Assembly: GCA_028865305.1 (NCBI GenBank)
Contig: JAGWKM010000003.1
Location: forward strand, 4,820 to 68,819
DNA: 64,000 bases
Reading direction: 5' to 3'
From: Patescibacteria group bacterium
Lineage (GTDB): Bacteria > Patescibacteriota > Minisyncoccia > UBA6257 > 2-01-FULL-56-20
Positions 25,949-34,892 of the stretch are shown here, piece after piece (positions within the stretch are counted from its first letter, which is position 1; every line of letters begins with the position of its first letter). The translations under genes and the position numbers were made by a program. The notes under the pieces were generated by a model, which did no database searches, was not told the DNA's origin, and saw nothing but the letters and a program-made list of their open reading frames with translations.

Positions 25949-27703
25949 ATGGAATTCAGAAAAGCCACCTCCCTCATCGATCTCATCATCGCCATTGCCA
26001 TCATCGCCCTCCTCTTCGGCGGCGTCTATCTGGTGTACTTTTCCATTATCTCGGCGGCAACGAACGTCGGGGCGCGGACGGCAGCAAGCGAAGCGATTGG
26101 GAACGAATTGGAGATGATCAGAAACCTTCCTTATGCGGATGTCGGCACGGTGGGAGGAATTCCGGCGGGCGTCATCCCGCAGAACCGGACGAGCACGATC
26201 AATAACTTCACGATTGCGCTCCGAACGACGGTGTTCAATATCCACGATCCGTATGACGCCGCCTCCGGCAGCGTGCCGAATGCCGACTACAAGCTCGTGA
26301 CCGTGACGGCCAGCTGCCCCACGTGCGTGCATTTCGTTCCGATGGGCATCACGACTACCGTGGCGCCGCCGAACCTCCAGGCGGCCGCGGCGCAAGGCGG
26401 CGTTATCATCGTGAATGTGCTCGATGGGAACGGCATCGGCGTTCCGGGCGCAGAGGTGCAGGTGGTGAACGCTTCCGTCACGCCTTCCATCGATCTTACC
26501 GATTTCACGAACGCAAGCGGCATCCTCGAATTGCTTGGCGTTCCCACGAGCACGCAGGGATATTACCTTTCGGCGACAAAACCTGGATGGTCCCTCGATC
26601 AAACCTACGCGCCGGGCTCGCTCGGCAGTTCGACGCCGGTGAGCCCGAACGTCACGGTGGCGTCGCAGACAATCTCGAGCGTTTCGTTTTCTATCGATGC
26701 CCTGAGCCAACTTACCGTTCAGACGCTTACGGACCGCTGCGTGTCCGTGGGGAGCGAGCCATTTACGGTGACCGGTTCGAAACTGATCGGCACGTCGCCG
26801 GATATTTTCAAATTTTCCACAAGTTCCGAAACAAATGCGAGCGGTACGGTGACCTTTTCCCCGATCGAATGGGATTCTTATAATCTGGCGCTTGCCGATG
26901 CCGCCCGGGATGTCGCGGGTACCATCCCGTTCAATCCGGTGGCCATGAGTCCGAGTTCGAGCCGGCTTTTCCAATTCATTTTACGGCCGGCGGCAAACCC
27001 TTCGCTCCTTGTGACCGTCCAGGATGCGGCGACCGGCGCCGGAATCCCGAATGCGACGGCAACGGTTTCTTCAAATGGTTATTCGGCGGCGCTCGTCACT
27101 AGCCACGCGGTCTTTTCGCAAACCGATTGGTCCGGCGGGCAATACGCAAGCCAATCCGGCGGTATCAACGCGAACGTGTCCGGCGCTTTGTCGCTCGCGC
27201 TGAACGCTTCCGGAACTTATAATACCGGTTCGACGGAATGGCTCATTTCAAACACCTTCGATGTCGGCGGAACCAGTTCGACGTTCAATACCATTTCGTC
27301 GAATCCGGCATCAGAGCCGCCTTCGACCGGCGCGGGCAGTTTGGAATTCCAGGTCGCCGCGAATAATGACAACGCCACGTGGCATTTTATAGGCCCGGAC
27401 GGAACCGCAAATACTTATTTCACAACCGGCACGAGCACCTTGCCCGCCTCGCTCGCCGGCAACCGCTATTTTCGCTACGAAGTTTTCATGAGCACCCAGG
27501 ATACCAATAATACGCCGACACTCGATTCGGTGACTTTTGATTTCACCGCCAATTGCGTTCCGCCGGCACAGGTGCTTTTCACCAACCTGCCGACCGGTTC
27601 ATACACGGTCGACGTGCAGGCGCCCAATTATCAGGAAACTACCTCCAGTGTGAGCATAGGGGCAGGGGAGCAGTCAACGACGATCCAGATGGCGCATTTG
27701 TAG
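25949..27703 (+). CDS. Giant pilin/pseudopilin-like protein with CarboxypepD_reg-like and beta-rich domains
   Basis: N-terminus MEFRKATSLIDLIIAIAIIALLFGGVYLV resembles a prepilin-type hydrophobic helix. VNVLDGNGIGVPGAEVQVVN...TNASGILEL is a carboxypeptidase-regulatory-like fold motif. Confidence 0.65.
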   Translation: MEFRKATSLIDLIIAIAIIALLFGGVYLVYFSIISAATNVGARTAASEAIGNELEMIRNLPYADVGTVGGIPAGVIPQNRTSTINNFTIALRTTVFNIHDPYDAASGSVPNADYKLVTVTASCPTCVHFVPMGITTTVAPPNLQAAAAQGGVIIVNVLDGNGIGVPGAEVQVVNASVTPSIDLTDFTNASGILELLGVPTSTQGYYLSATKPGWSLDQTYAPGSLGSSTPVSPNVTVASQTISSVSFSIDALSQLTVQTLTDRCVSVGSEPFTVTGSKLIGTSPDIFKFSTSSETNASGTVTFSPIEWDSYNLALADAARDVAGTIPFNPVAMSPSSSRLFQFILRPAANPSLLVTVQDAATGAGIPNATATVSSNGYSAALVTSHAVFSQTDWSGGQYASQSGGINANVSGALSLALNASGTYNTGSTEWLISNTFDVGGTSSTFNTISSNPASEPPSTGAGSLEFQVAANNDNATWHFIGPDGTANTYFTTGTSTLPASLAGNRYFRYEVFMSTQDTNNTPTLDSVTFDFTANCVPPAQVLFTNLPTGSYTVDVQAPNYQETTSSVSIGAGEQSTTIQMAHL

Positions 27704-27802
27704 AAAGTGGGGACCAGCAAACAGCGATAAGAAAACAATTCTGGATTCATTCATTTTACTTTTTTTCCCGCTCCCCGCTCCCTGGTTCTTATTGTCTCCC
27801 TG

Positions 27803-28504
27803 CTACATCTCCGCTTCCGCTGCTTCGGTTTCGATCAGTCCCGTGATTTTTTCCGCAACCTGTTCCGGCGCGTCCACGGGGATATTCGGCCGGTCGCCGG
27901 GACGGAAATGCGCAAATTCGCCGGTGCGGACCGCATTTTTTCCGAAATTGGTTGAGGTCATTTTCGGATGTATCACGCTCACGATGATGTGGTCCTTTTT
28001 TAATTCTTCGCGGGCGGTGAGCGAGATAGCATTCAACGCGTATTTCGTGGAGGCATAGGCGCCGAGGTTCGGGAAATAATTTTTCGAAACGCGCGAGCTT
28101 ACGTTCAAAATCATGCCTCCGCCCTGCCGCCGCATGATCGGGATCGCAAGCTGCATCGCGCGGAGGACGCTTACCACGTTCAGTTCAAGAATATCCCTAT
28201 ATCTTTCGATATCCACGGATTCGATCGGCCCGTACAGGCCCTGCCCGGCGTTATTGATCAGGATATCGATCCGGCCGTATTGGCCCATGGCCGCATCGAT
28301 CATTTTCCGGATATCATCCGGCTTCCGCAGGTCTGCCGGCACCGCAAGCGCATCCGGCAGCTCGTCCACCAGCTTTTTCAAGGTATCCGCCGACCGTGCT
28401 GCCAAAACCGTTTTCGCGCCTTTAGCCGCCAGCAGCTTTGCCGTCGCGAGCCCGATCCCTTGCGAAGCACCAGTGATGACAATCACTTTGCCTTTGATTT
28501 GCAT
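27803..28504 (-). CDS. Short-chain dehydrogenase/reductase (SDR)
   Basis: KVIVITGASQGIGLATAKLLAAKGAK (TGxxxGxG), NNAG and YASTKYAL (YxxxK) motifs. Start set at MQIKGK. Confidence 0.88.
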   Translation of the reverse strand: MQIKGKVIVITGASQGIGLATAKLLAAKGAKTVLAARSADTLKKLVDELPDALAVPADLRKPDDIRKMIDAAMGQYGRIDILINNAGQGLYGPIESVDIERYRDILELNVVSVLRAMQLAIPIMRRQGGGMILNVSSRVSKNYFPNLGAYASTKYALNAISLTAREELKKDHIIVSVIHPKMTSTNFGKNAVRTGEFAHFRPGDRPNIPVDAPEQVAEKITGLIETEAAEAEM

Positions 28505-28587
28505 ATGCCTATTATACGCATCTCCCCGGAAATCCGGTGAAGCAATAAAAAATCGCCCGAACCGGATCGGGCGACCGAAAGAGCCAT

Positions 28588-29598
28588 TCAGCGTTTGGGG
28601 ACTTCGTGCGCTTCGAGCGCCTGGCGGTACTTCTCGATGGAGTAGAGTTCGAAAGCGTCGCCGCACATGAAGACGGCAACGATATTACCGTCTTTGTTCC
28701 GGAGCCGTTCCCAGGCGCCGGGTGTGCGCCGTTCATTTTTGAGAAATTTCTCAAGGGCGACTCTTGCGCCGCCGGAAGTCGGACCGCCGTGGATGCCTGC
28801 AATCGCGAGCTCCCAGCTGCTCCGGTAGGCCTCGGCCTGGCGGATTTCTACTAGGTTTACATTGGCGTTCGATGTGTCGCCGATGATTTTCGAAAGGGGA
28901 ACTTGCGAGAGGCGGCTCATCGTGCGCATACCGGGCACCGGATTGCCTTCGGCGCAGTAGCCGGCAACCACCGTAATCGGAGCCGTGAAGCTGATGGCTG
29001 CTCCGATGTGGCCGCACGTGCCCAAAGTGCCGGCGTAAACAGTCATCTTTTCCCGGGTTTGTTCCCAGGCGGGGGTAATGTGATATATTAAATGCCCTTT
29101 GATGTTGTCCGGATTCGAATATTGGCCGATATAGCGGCAGCCCTTTTCCTGGCCTCTTAAACAGGCCTGCTGCATGGCGGTCGCTTCCCCGGGCAGGTCG
29201 CGGCATTTCACGAGCTCGAGGTCGGCACCGATATCCGCGAGTTCGCGGAGCCGGTCCTCTTTTGTTTTTGGCATATCTGCCGGAACGAAAAGGACTGCTT
29301 TGAGGCCGCGATGCTGCGCAAAGATGGCTTCGCATTTCGCCGTATTGCCGGAGGAAGAATCGGTGATTGTGTGGACGCCGTCAAGTTCGCCGCGCATTTC
29401 GGCTTCGTGGAACATGTGGAATACGGCTGGGTGCTTGAGCGATTGCAGTGGCCATTCGAAAGCGGCCTGCGCGTATATCTTCACTCGATCTTTCGACGGA
29501 AACGGGTTTAGCTCGGGCGGCAACTGGATGAGCGGAACGGGCGGAAGATGGCGCGGATCAAGATAGGCAGTCGGACTTTCGAAAACGTTGTTTTGCAC
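28588..29598 (-). CDS. PLP-dependent enzyme, tryptophan-synthase-beta superfamily (fold type II)
   Basis: SLKHP (candidate PLP lysine) and ITDSSSGNTAKCEAIFAQHRGLKAVLFVP are typical of the cysteine-synthase/threonine-synthase-like PALP fold. Confidence 0.65.
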   Translation of the reverse strand: MQNNVFESPTAYLDPRHLPPVPLIQLPPELNPFPSKDRVKIYAQAAFEWPLQSLKHPAVFHMFHEAEMRGELDGVHTITDSSSGNTAKCEAIFAQHRGLKAVLFVPADMPKTKEDRLRELADIGADLELVKCRDLPGEATAMQQACLRGQEKGCRYIGQYSNPDNIKGHLIYHITPAWEQTREKMTVYAGTLGTCGHIGAAISFTAPITVVAGYCAEGNPVPGMRTMSRLSQVPLSKIIGDTSNANVNLVEIRQAEAYRSSWELAIAGIHGGPTSGGARVALEKFLKNERRTPGAWERLRNKDGNIVAVFMCGDAFELYSIEKYRQALEAHEVPKR

Positions 29599-29660
29599 GC
29601 TGTGCTCCTTTTTAGATGGACTGCTTTCCTTCTACTCCGAAAACAGAAGGAAAGCAAGGG

Positions 29661-30728
29661 TTATTCCGTCCTCTGTTTCCGATCCTCGGTTCTCCGCAAA
29701 ATGCAGAACGGCGTCATCTCATCGGATTGGCCGAGGGGATTGTCGCGAAAAGCTTTTTCTATGAACGCCTCTGAAGGTGCGCCGCTCGTTTTGCCGAGCG
29801 AAAACGCGCCGCGGTAGTTTGCATCGAGGATGACCGCTTCGCAACCGATTGCTTTCTTGATGCGCCGCGCGGCGCCCTTCGGGTCATCCGGCGCGAGTTT
29901 CACCGAGTGCGCGTATTCCAAAATCAAAAATGACATCGGGCAATCGATGGACTTCGCGCGCAAACCGCAGATGCGATAGAACATTCCCTTAATGCCGAAC
30001 GGCCGCGTGATGGCGGATACGGCGGCGGCGAAAAGGACGCGCGGCACGCCGGCTTCTTCGATGAAGGCCTGCATCGCGATCGATGTCCCGTGGCCGAAAC
30101 CGCGGAAATTGCCCGAACCGTAATAATTTCCGACGCGGCCCGCCAAAAAGCGGGCGAGCCTGGTCGGTTTGATGGTACTCATGTCGACGACCCGGCCCTG
30201 GGTGATGGTGAGCGCTTTTTCGCTTACAAAAACAATATCGCCGGGCTTCACATAAGGTTGCACATATTTTTCGATGAGCGGCAGGATGTCGGTGTCTTTC
30301 GCCGTGATGAGCCGCGTGCGGACCGGCAGGCGTTCATAGGTAACGCCATCGACGCCGATCTCGATCTGTTTTCCCGGGTTGGGCCGGAATTCGCCGGTTG
30401 GTTCGATTACCGTTATCCGGCGGCCACCGGAAACCGGCCCGCCAAAAGAAACCTCTTCACCGCGAAACAAGGCGAATAATTTTTCGATGAGCGCGCGGAT
30501 TGCCGCCGGGCTTTCATTCAATTTCGCCCGCGAGGAGAGCAATTCCGTTGCTTCCATGTAAAGGATGTGTGCCTCGTCGACGCGGAGCGCGGAAAAGGCC
30601 GCTTCAGCAGCCGGGGCGTCGCGGTCGGCTAGCGCCTGTACGGCCGCCGAGCCGTCTGGGTGCGGAAGATAGGCGATAGTGAGTCCGGTTTGCGTCTTGA
30701 AATCGGTATAGGTCTGGGTTTTTTCCAT
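29661..30728 (-). CDS. CofE-like (F420-0:gamma-glutamyl ligase family) protein with ~110-aa N-terminal extension
   Basis: LPVRTRLITAKDTDILPLI...KPGDIVFVSEKALTITQGRVV resembles the CofE/F420_ligase core. Confidence 0.55.
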   Translation of the reverse strand: MEKTQTYTDFKTQTGLTIAYLPHPDGSAAVQALADRDAPAAEAAFSALRVDEAHILYMEATELLSSRAKLNESPAAIRALIEKLFALFRGEEVSFGGPVSGGRRITVIEPTGEFRPNPGKQIEIGVDGVTYERLPVRTRLITAKDTDILPLIEKYVQPYVKPGDIVFVSEKALTITQGRVVDMSTIKPTRLARFLAGRVGNYYGSGNFRGFGHGTSIAMQAFIEEAGVPRVLFAAAVSAITRPFGIKGMFYRICGLRAKSIDCPMSFLILEYAHSVKLAPDDPKGAARRIKKAIGCEAVILDANYRGAFSLGKTSGAPSEAFIEKAFRDNPLGQSDEMTPFCILRRTEDRKQRTE

Positions 30729-30818
30729 AACAAAGGAATTATAGCAGATAAAAAGGTTGATTTGACCAATTTGCGGCAGGATAATATCATTCCGATAGGA
30801 ACTTATCGAGATAAATTT

Positions 30819-31259
30819 ATGAAAAAATCAAAAGATTTCATGGGCTCGGTCAGCATGATGCATGGCAAGCTCCATATGGTAAAGATCACGGAGGCGCGGA
30901 AGGACTACGAGGGCTCCATCACGATCGACCGCGATTTGGTGGAAGCTGCCGGCATGACGGACCATCAATACGTGGTCATCACGAACCGCACCAACAAGGG
31001 CAAGTTTTGGGAGACCTACGTGATGTACGGCAAGGCGGGGAGCGGCGAGATCTGCGCCAACGGTTCGGCGGCGTGGCATTTCCGCCCGGGCGACAAGGTG
31101 ATCATCATCGCGAGGACGGACGTGCCATACGCAAAACGGCTTTCGGTCCGCCCGCGTTCAGTTCTTGTGAACGAAAAAAACCAGGTCAAGGAAATCAGGA
31201 CCTACAACCTCAAAAACCATACGTTCACTTCGGAACGTTTCACGCCCAAGCCGAAATGA
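30819..31259 (+). CDS. panD: Aspartate 1-decarboxylase
   Basis: MHGKLHMVKITEARKDYEGSITIDRDLVEAAGM...NGKFWETYVMYGKAGSGEICANGSAAWHFRPGDKVIIIA aligns by eye with E. coli PanD, including the GS processing site. Exact start uncertain (30819 or 30840). Confidence 0.85.
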   Translation: MKKSKDFMGSVSMMHGKLHMVKITEARKDYEGSITIDRDLVEAAGMTDHQYVVITNRTNKGKFWETYVMYGKAGSGEICANGSAAWHFRPGDKVIIIARTDVPYAKRLSVRPRSVLVNEKNQVKEIRTYNLKNHTFTSERFTPKPK

Positions 31260-31277
31260 GCAGGGTTCCGTCCGCCG

Positions 31278-31310
31278 GCGCCTTCCGAAACCAGGAGGGC
31301 GCTTTTTTTT
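31278..31310 (+). terminator. Intrinsic terminator after panD
   Basis: GCGCCTTCC-GAAACCA-GGAGGGCGC followed by T8. Confidence 0.8.
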
Positions 31311-31446
31311 CACTCTCCAAACTTAAAACCGCGCCCATAAGGGTGCGGATGAAGTTTGGTCCCGCCGGCGCTTTGGCCGGTGGGACGCCGCCCATCCGGG
31401 GCGGCGAAGAGGGAGAAGATACCCCGTCCGTGAGGGCGGGGTATCT

Positions 31447-31926
31447 TCATTTCAATTCCGCCGATTCTTTTTCCAGCCGTTCCGAAACATTCATCTTGCG
31501 CAGGATAAAGAGCAATACCGCGATAAGCAGCGCTGAAACCGTGGCAAACTGCAAAAGGCCGGCGCCCGCGAGGATGCCGACCGCGGCGGTGAGCCAGACG
31601 AGGGCGGCGGTCGTCACGCCGTGCGGATGGTCGTTCGATTTGATGATGAGCCCGGCGCCGAGGAAGCCGATGCCGACGACGACATTCGCGATGACCTGCA
31701 GGAAGCCGCTGTTGTGCGCGAGGATATCGGTGAGATTCGTCGAATCAAGGGCGGTCAAATAGGGAAGCATGAGTCCGGCCATGGTGAAAAGCGCCGCGCC
31801 GCCCGCGACGAGCATTTCGGTCCGCACGCCGGCTTCCTTGCGGACGAGTTCCCGCTCGACGCCCAAAATGGCGCCGAGGACGAGCGCGACGACAAAGCGG
31901 AAAAGCATTTGTCCAAGAGTGAGCAT
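31447..31926 (-). CDS. MgtC/SapB-family membrane protein
   Basis: LVLGAILGVERELVRKEAGVRTEMLVAGGAALFT is the MgtC signature. Confidence 0.8.
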   Translation of the reverse strand: MLTLGQMLFRFVVALVLGAILGVERELVRKEAGVRTEMLVAGGAALFTMAGLMLPYLTALDSTNLTDILAHNSGFLQVIANVVVGIGFLGAGLIIKSNDHPHGVTTAALVWLTAAVGILAGAGLLQFATVSALLIAVLLFILRKMNVSERLEKESAELK

Positions 31927-32009
31927 GGGTTGTTTTTATTATTATAACAAATCATATTCATAGCTGAATAAAAAAGCCACGTTTCCGCGGCGATTACCGG
32001 ATCCGGAAC

Positions 32010-32381
32010 CTATGCCGGCTTTGCGGCATTTTTTCCTTGTTCAAGCGTCCGGAGATAATATTCGGCGAGAGCCCTTGCGAAGCTGTGTCGCAGGGCGTTG
32101 CAATTTTTTCCATCCCTGCAGGCCAGCGTATGTCCGCTGAATCCAAATATTCCAAAGCAGCTTTCCCCATCGTCTTCTTTGATGAAGTTCGCCACCTCGA
32201 CGGCTTCTTTTGGACTCTCGATGATAAAAACAATATCAGTGGCAGTATATTTGGGCCCGCTACAGTTTTTACCTCGGAAGCTATGATCTTCGAGGGCGCT
32301 CACGAAACTCTGCGGTTTTACCGGGATTCGTTGCTTACAAATTGAGCAAGTACCTGCTCGCTTCAGCTTCGGTATTGGCAT
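32010..32381 (-). CDS. Hypothetical protein (123 aa)
   Basis: AGGAGC 4 nt upstream of ATG 32381. No family recognised. Confidence 0.45.
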   Translation of the reverse strand: MPIPKLKRAGTCSICKQRIPVKPQSFVSALEDHSFRGKNCSGPKYTATDIVFIIESPKEAVEVANFIKEDDGESCFGIFGFSGHTLACRDGKNCNALRHSFARALAEYYLRTLEQGKNAAKPA

Positions 32382-32432
32382 ATAAGCTCCTGGAGCCATG
32401 ATACTCTTCTAGTTATTGGACGGTCAATCCGG

Positions 32433-32460
32433 TTGCGTTTCTCGCAATATTTGCTATGAT
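32433..32460 (+). promoter_or_regulatory. Promoter TTGCGT-N16-TGcTATGAT for the aspS leader
   Basis: Hexamers and the extended -10 read directly. Confidence 0.55.
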
Positions 32461-32461
32461 G

Positions 32462-32638
32462 GACGTAATAGGATAGCGAGGTGGACGCCGCTAACGACGG
32501 CTTGGCTGGATGGGGGAATGTAAAAAGGCCCGGCGACATAACGCCCGGCGAAGTAAGGTGGCACCGCGGTCCGAACGCCAGATCGCCCTTACAAAGTCAT
32601 CGAGTCGAGGTGATTTTGTAAGGGCGTTTTGTTTTCTA
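32462..32638 (+). promoter_or_regulatory. T-box riboswitch leader of aspS with terminator
   Basis: T-box sequence AAGTAAGGTGGCACCGCGG (32551-32569). Terminator GCCCTTACAAA...TTTGTAAGGGC plus GTTTTGTTTT (32585-32634). GAC triplets at 32484 and 32496 are specifier candidates. Confidence 0.75.
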
Positions 32639-32722
32639 GTAGAATGTAGAAAGTAGAAGGTAGAAAGGTAGTCTGCTCATTCTCCATCTTCCATTCTCCA
32701 TCTTCCATTCTCCATCCTACTT
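32638..32722. repeat. Heptad-periodic hairpin element between the T-box terminator and the aspS start
   Basis: tagaatgtagaaagtagaaggtagaaaggtagtctgctcattctccatcttccattctccatcttccattctccatcctac. Confidence 0.85.
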
Positions 32723-32733
32723 TTTACCCCCTT

Positions 32734-34146
32734 ATGCAACGAACTCACATTGCGGATATAATTAAAGAAGAAGGCAAGACGGTGACTCTCGCCGGCTGGG
32801 TGCATGCGCGGCGCGACCACGGCAAACTGGTTTTCATCGACTTGCGCGACCGGAGCGGCATCGTGCAGGTGGTTTTCGGGCCGGATGTCGCCGGTGCTTC
32901 GGAGCTGCGGTTGGAATATGTCATCAAAGTGAAGGGCGAAGTGAAAAAGCGGCCGCCGTCGATGGTGAATGACAAGATCCCGACCGGCGCCTTCGAGATC
33001 GGCGCGACGGAATTGGAAATCCTGAACCGGTCCGGTGAAATGCCGATCCCGGTCGATACCGACGGCTTCGACATCAACGAAGAGCGGCGGCTGCAGTATC
33101 GCTATCTCGACCTGCGCCGCGAACGGTTAAAAAACAACATCATCGCGCGGCACAAGGTCATCAAATTCATCCGTGATTTCTTGGCGGAGCGCGGCTTTAT
33201 TGAAATCGAAACGCCGAACCTTTCAAAATCGACGCCCGAAGGCGCGCGCGATTACCTCGTGCCGTCGCGCATCCAAAAAGGGAATTTTTATGCCTTGCCG
33301 CAATCGCCGCAGCAGTATAAGCAGCTTTTGATGGTGGCCGGGCTCGAAAAATATTTCCAAATTGCGCGTTGTTTCCGCGATGAGGACACGCGCGGCGACC
33401 GCCAGCCGGAATTCACCCAGCTCGATTTCGAGATGAGCTTCGTTGCGCGCGAAGACGTGATGGCGCTGAACGAGGAACTTTTGATCGCTATCGTCAAAAC
33501 GTTATATCCGCAGAAAAAAATCCAGGAAATCCCGTTCCCGCGCATCAGCTATGCGGAAGCGATGCAAAAATACGGCACCGACCGGCCGGACATGCGGAAA
33601 GATAAAAATGATCCGGATTTATTGGCATTTTGCTGGGTCATCGATTTCCCGTTTTTTGAAAAAGTGAAAGCGGATGCCGCGCACTCCGAAGCCTCGGCGC
33701 AGGAGTGGACGTTTACCCACAATCCGTTTTCGGCACCCAAACCGGAATTTATGGCGGATTTGCTTGCAAAGAAAAATATCCCGGACATTCTGACGACGCA
33801 GTACGATGTCGCGATGAACGGTTTGGAAGTCGGCGGCGGCAGCATCCGCAACCATCAGCCGGAAGCGCTCGAAGCGGTGTTCGAAATTATGGGTTTCAAA
33901 AAAGAGCGGATCTATGCGAACTTCGGCCACATGCTCGAGGCCTTGAGTTTCGGCGCGCCGCCGCACGGCGGGATTGCGTGGGGGCTCGACCGTTTGGTAT
34001 CATTACTGCAAAACGAGCCGAACATCCGCGAGGTGATCGCGTTCCCGAAGACTGGCGACGGCCGCGACCCGATGATGGGTTCGCCCGCAGAGGTCGAGGA
34101 GAAACAATTGAAGGAGTTGGGCATCGAAATAAAAAAGAAATCGTAG
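32734..34146 (+). CDS. aspS: Aspartate--tRNA ligase, short form lacking the GAD insertion
   Basis: OB-fold start GWVHARRDHGKLVFIDLRDRSG, motif 2 FQIARCFRDEDTRGDRQPEFTQLD and motif 3 GGGSIRNH...GIAWGLDRL. Only 470 aa. Confidence 0.92.
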   Translation: MQRTHIADIIKEEGKTVTLAGWVHARRDHGKLVFIDLRDRSGIVQVVFGPDVAGASELRLEYVIKVKGEVKKRPPSMVNDKIPTGAFEIGATELEILNRSGEMPIPVDTDGFDINEERRLQYRYLDLRRERLKNNIIARHKVIKFIRDFLAERGFIEIETPNLSKSTPEGARDYLVPSRIQKGNFYALPQSPQQYKQLLMVAGLEKYFQIARCFRDEDTRGDRQPEFTQLDFEMSFVAREDVMALNEELLIAIVKTLYPQKKIQEIPFPRISYAEAMQKYGTDRPDMRKDKNDPDLLAFCWVIDFPFFEKVKADAAHSEASAQEWTFTHNPFSAPKPEFMADLLAKKNIPDILTTQYDVAMNGLEVGGGSIRNHQPEALEAVFEIMGFKKERIYANFGHMLEALSFGAPPHGGIAWGLDRLVSLLQNEPNIREVIAFPKTGDGRDPMMGSPAEVEEKQLKELGIEIKKKS

Positions 34147-34222
34147 AATAGTTAATCGTAGAATGTATAATGGAGAATGAAGAACGTATAATGGGTTAAC
34201 CCATTCTCCATTCTCCATTTCC
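34144..34222. repeat. Heptad-periodic hairpin element (centre GGGTTAACCC) between aspS and ndk
   Basis: tagaatagttaatcgtagaatgtataatggagaatgaagaacgtataatgggtt | aacccattctccattctccatttcc. Contains the aspS stop TAG and ends at the base before the ndk ATG. Confidence 0.9.
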
Positions 34223-34807
34223 ATGAAACATCCCAAAGAAGAACTTACGTTTGCGATGGTGAAACCGGATGGCGTGCGGAAAGGTTTGACGGGTGAAATC
34301 ATCAAACGCTTTGAGCAGCGCGACCTGAAAATTGTGGCGCTTGAAATGTTCACGCCGAGCGTGAAGCAGATCGATGACCATTATCCGAAAGACGAGGCCT
34401 GGATCCGCCGGCTTGGCCAGAAATCGCTTTCGACCTATGAGAAATATGGCATTGATCCGGTGAAAGAATTGGGCACCGCGGATGACCTTGAAATCGGCAA
34501 GAGCGTCCGTAAGTGGCTGATCGATTACATGACCTCCGCGCCGCTCGTGAAAATGGTGGTGCAGGGGATCCATGCCGTGGATGTGGTCCGGAAGATCGCG
34601 GGGCCGACGCTGCCGTACAAGGCTGAAGTCGGCACGATCCGCGGCGATTTTTCGATTGATTCGCCGCTCCTTGCAAACAGCGAAAAACGAGCCGTGATGA
34701 ATCTTATTCACGCCTCCGAAACGCCCGAGGAGGCCGCGCATGAAATCGAGCATTGGTTTGGCAAAATAAAGCTGAATGAATACAAAAGGTTCGGCGTGGA
34801 CGAATAA
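34223..34807 (+). CDS. ndk: Nucleoside-diphosphate kinase (long form with insertion)
   Basis: ELTFAMVKPDGVRKGLTGEIIKRFE, GTIRGDFS and NLIHASE (active-site His) motifs. Confidence 0.88.
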   Translation: MKHPKEELTFAMVKPDGVRKGLTGEIIKRFEQRDLKIVALEMFTPSVKQIDDHYPKDEAWIRRLGQKSLSTYEKYGIDPVKELGTADDLEIGKSVRKWLIDYMTSAPLVKMVVQGIHAVDVVRKIAGPTLPYKAEVGTIRGDFSIDSPLLANSEKRAVMNLIHASETPEEAAHEIEHWFGKIKLNEYKRFGVDE

Positions 34808-34853
34808 AGCGCTCGGATATCGGATAAAAGATTAAAATTTTATTAAAATATTC

Positions 34854-34885
34854 GGATTAGATTCGACGATCGTCGGATATAATCC
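34854..34885. repeat. Family-C palindrome copy 2 (intergenic, upstream of the NUDIX gene)
   Basis: ggattagattcgacgatcgtcggatataatcc. Confidence 0.8.
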
Positions 34886-34892
34886 TTTTGAC

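Noticed and set aside
25865-26974. 369-aa ORF antisense to the pilin-like gene
   Set aside because: Arg/His/Gly-rich low-complexity translation, typical of a shadow frame opposite a gene with G/C-rich third positions. No SD, and it overlaps the family-A element. The plus-strand gene has recognisable domains.
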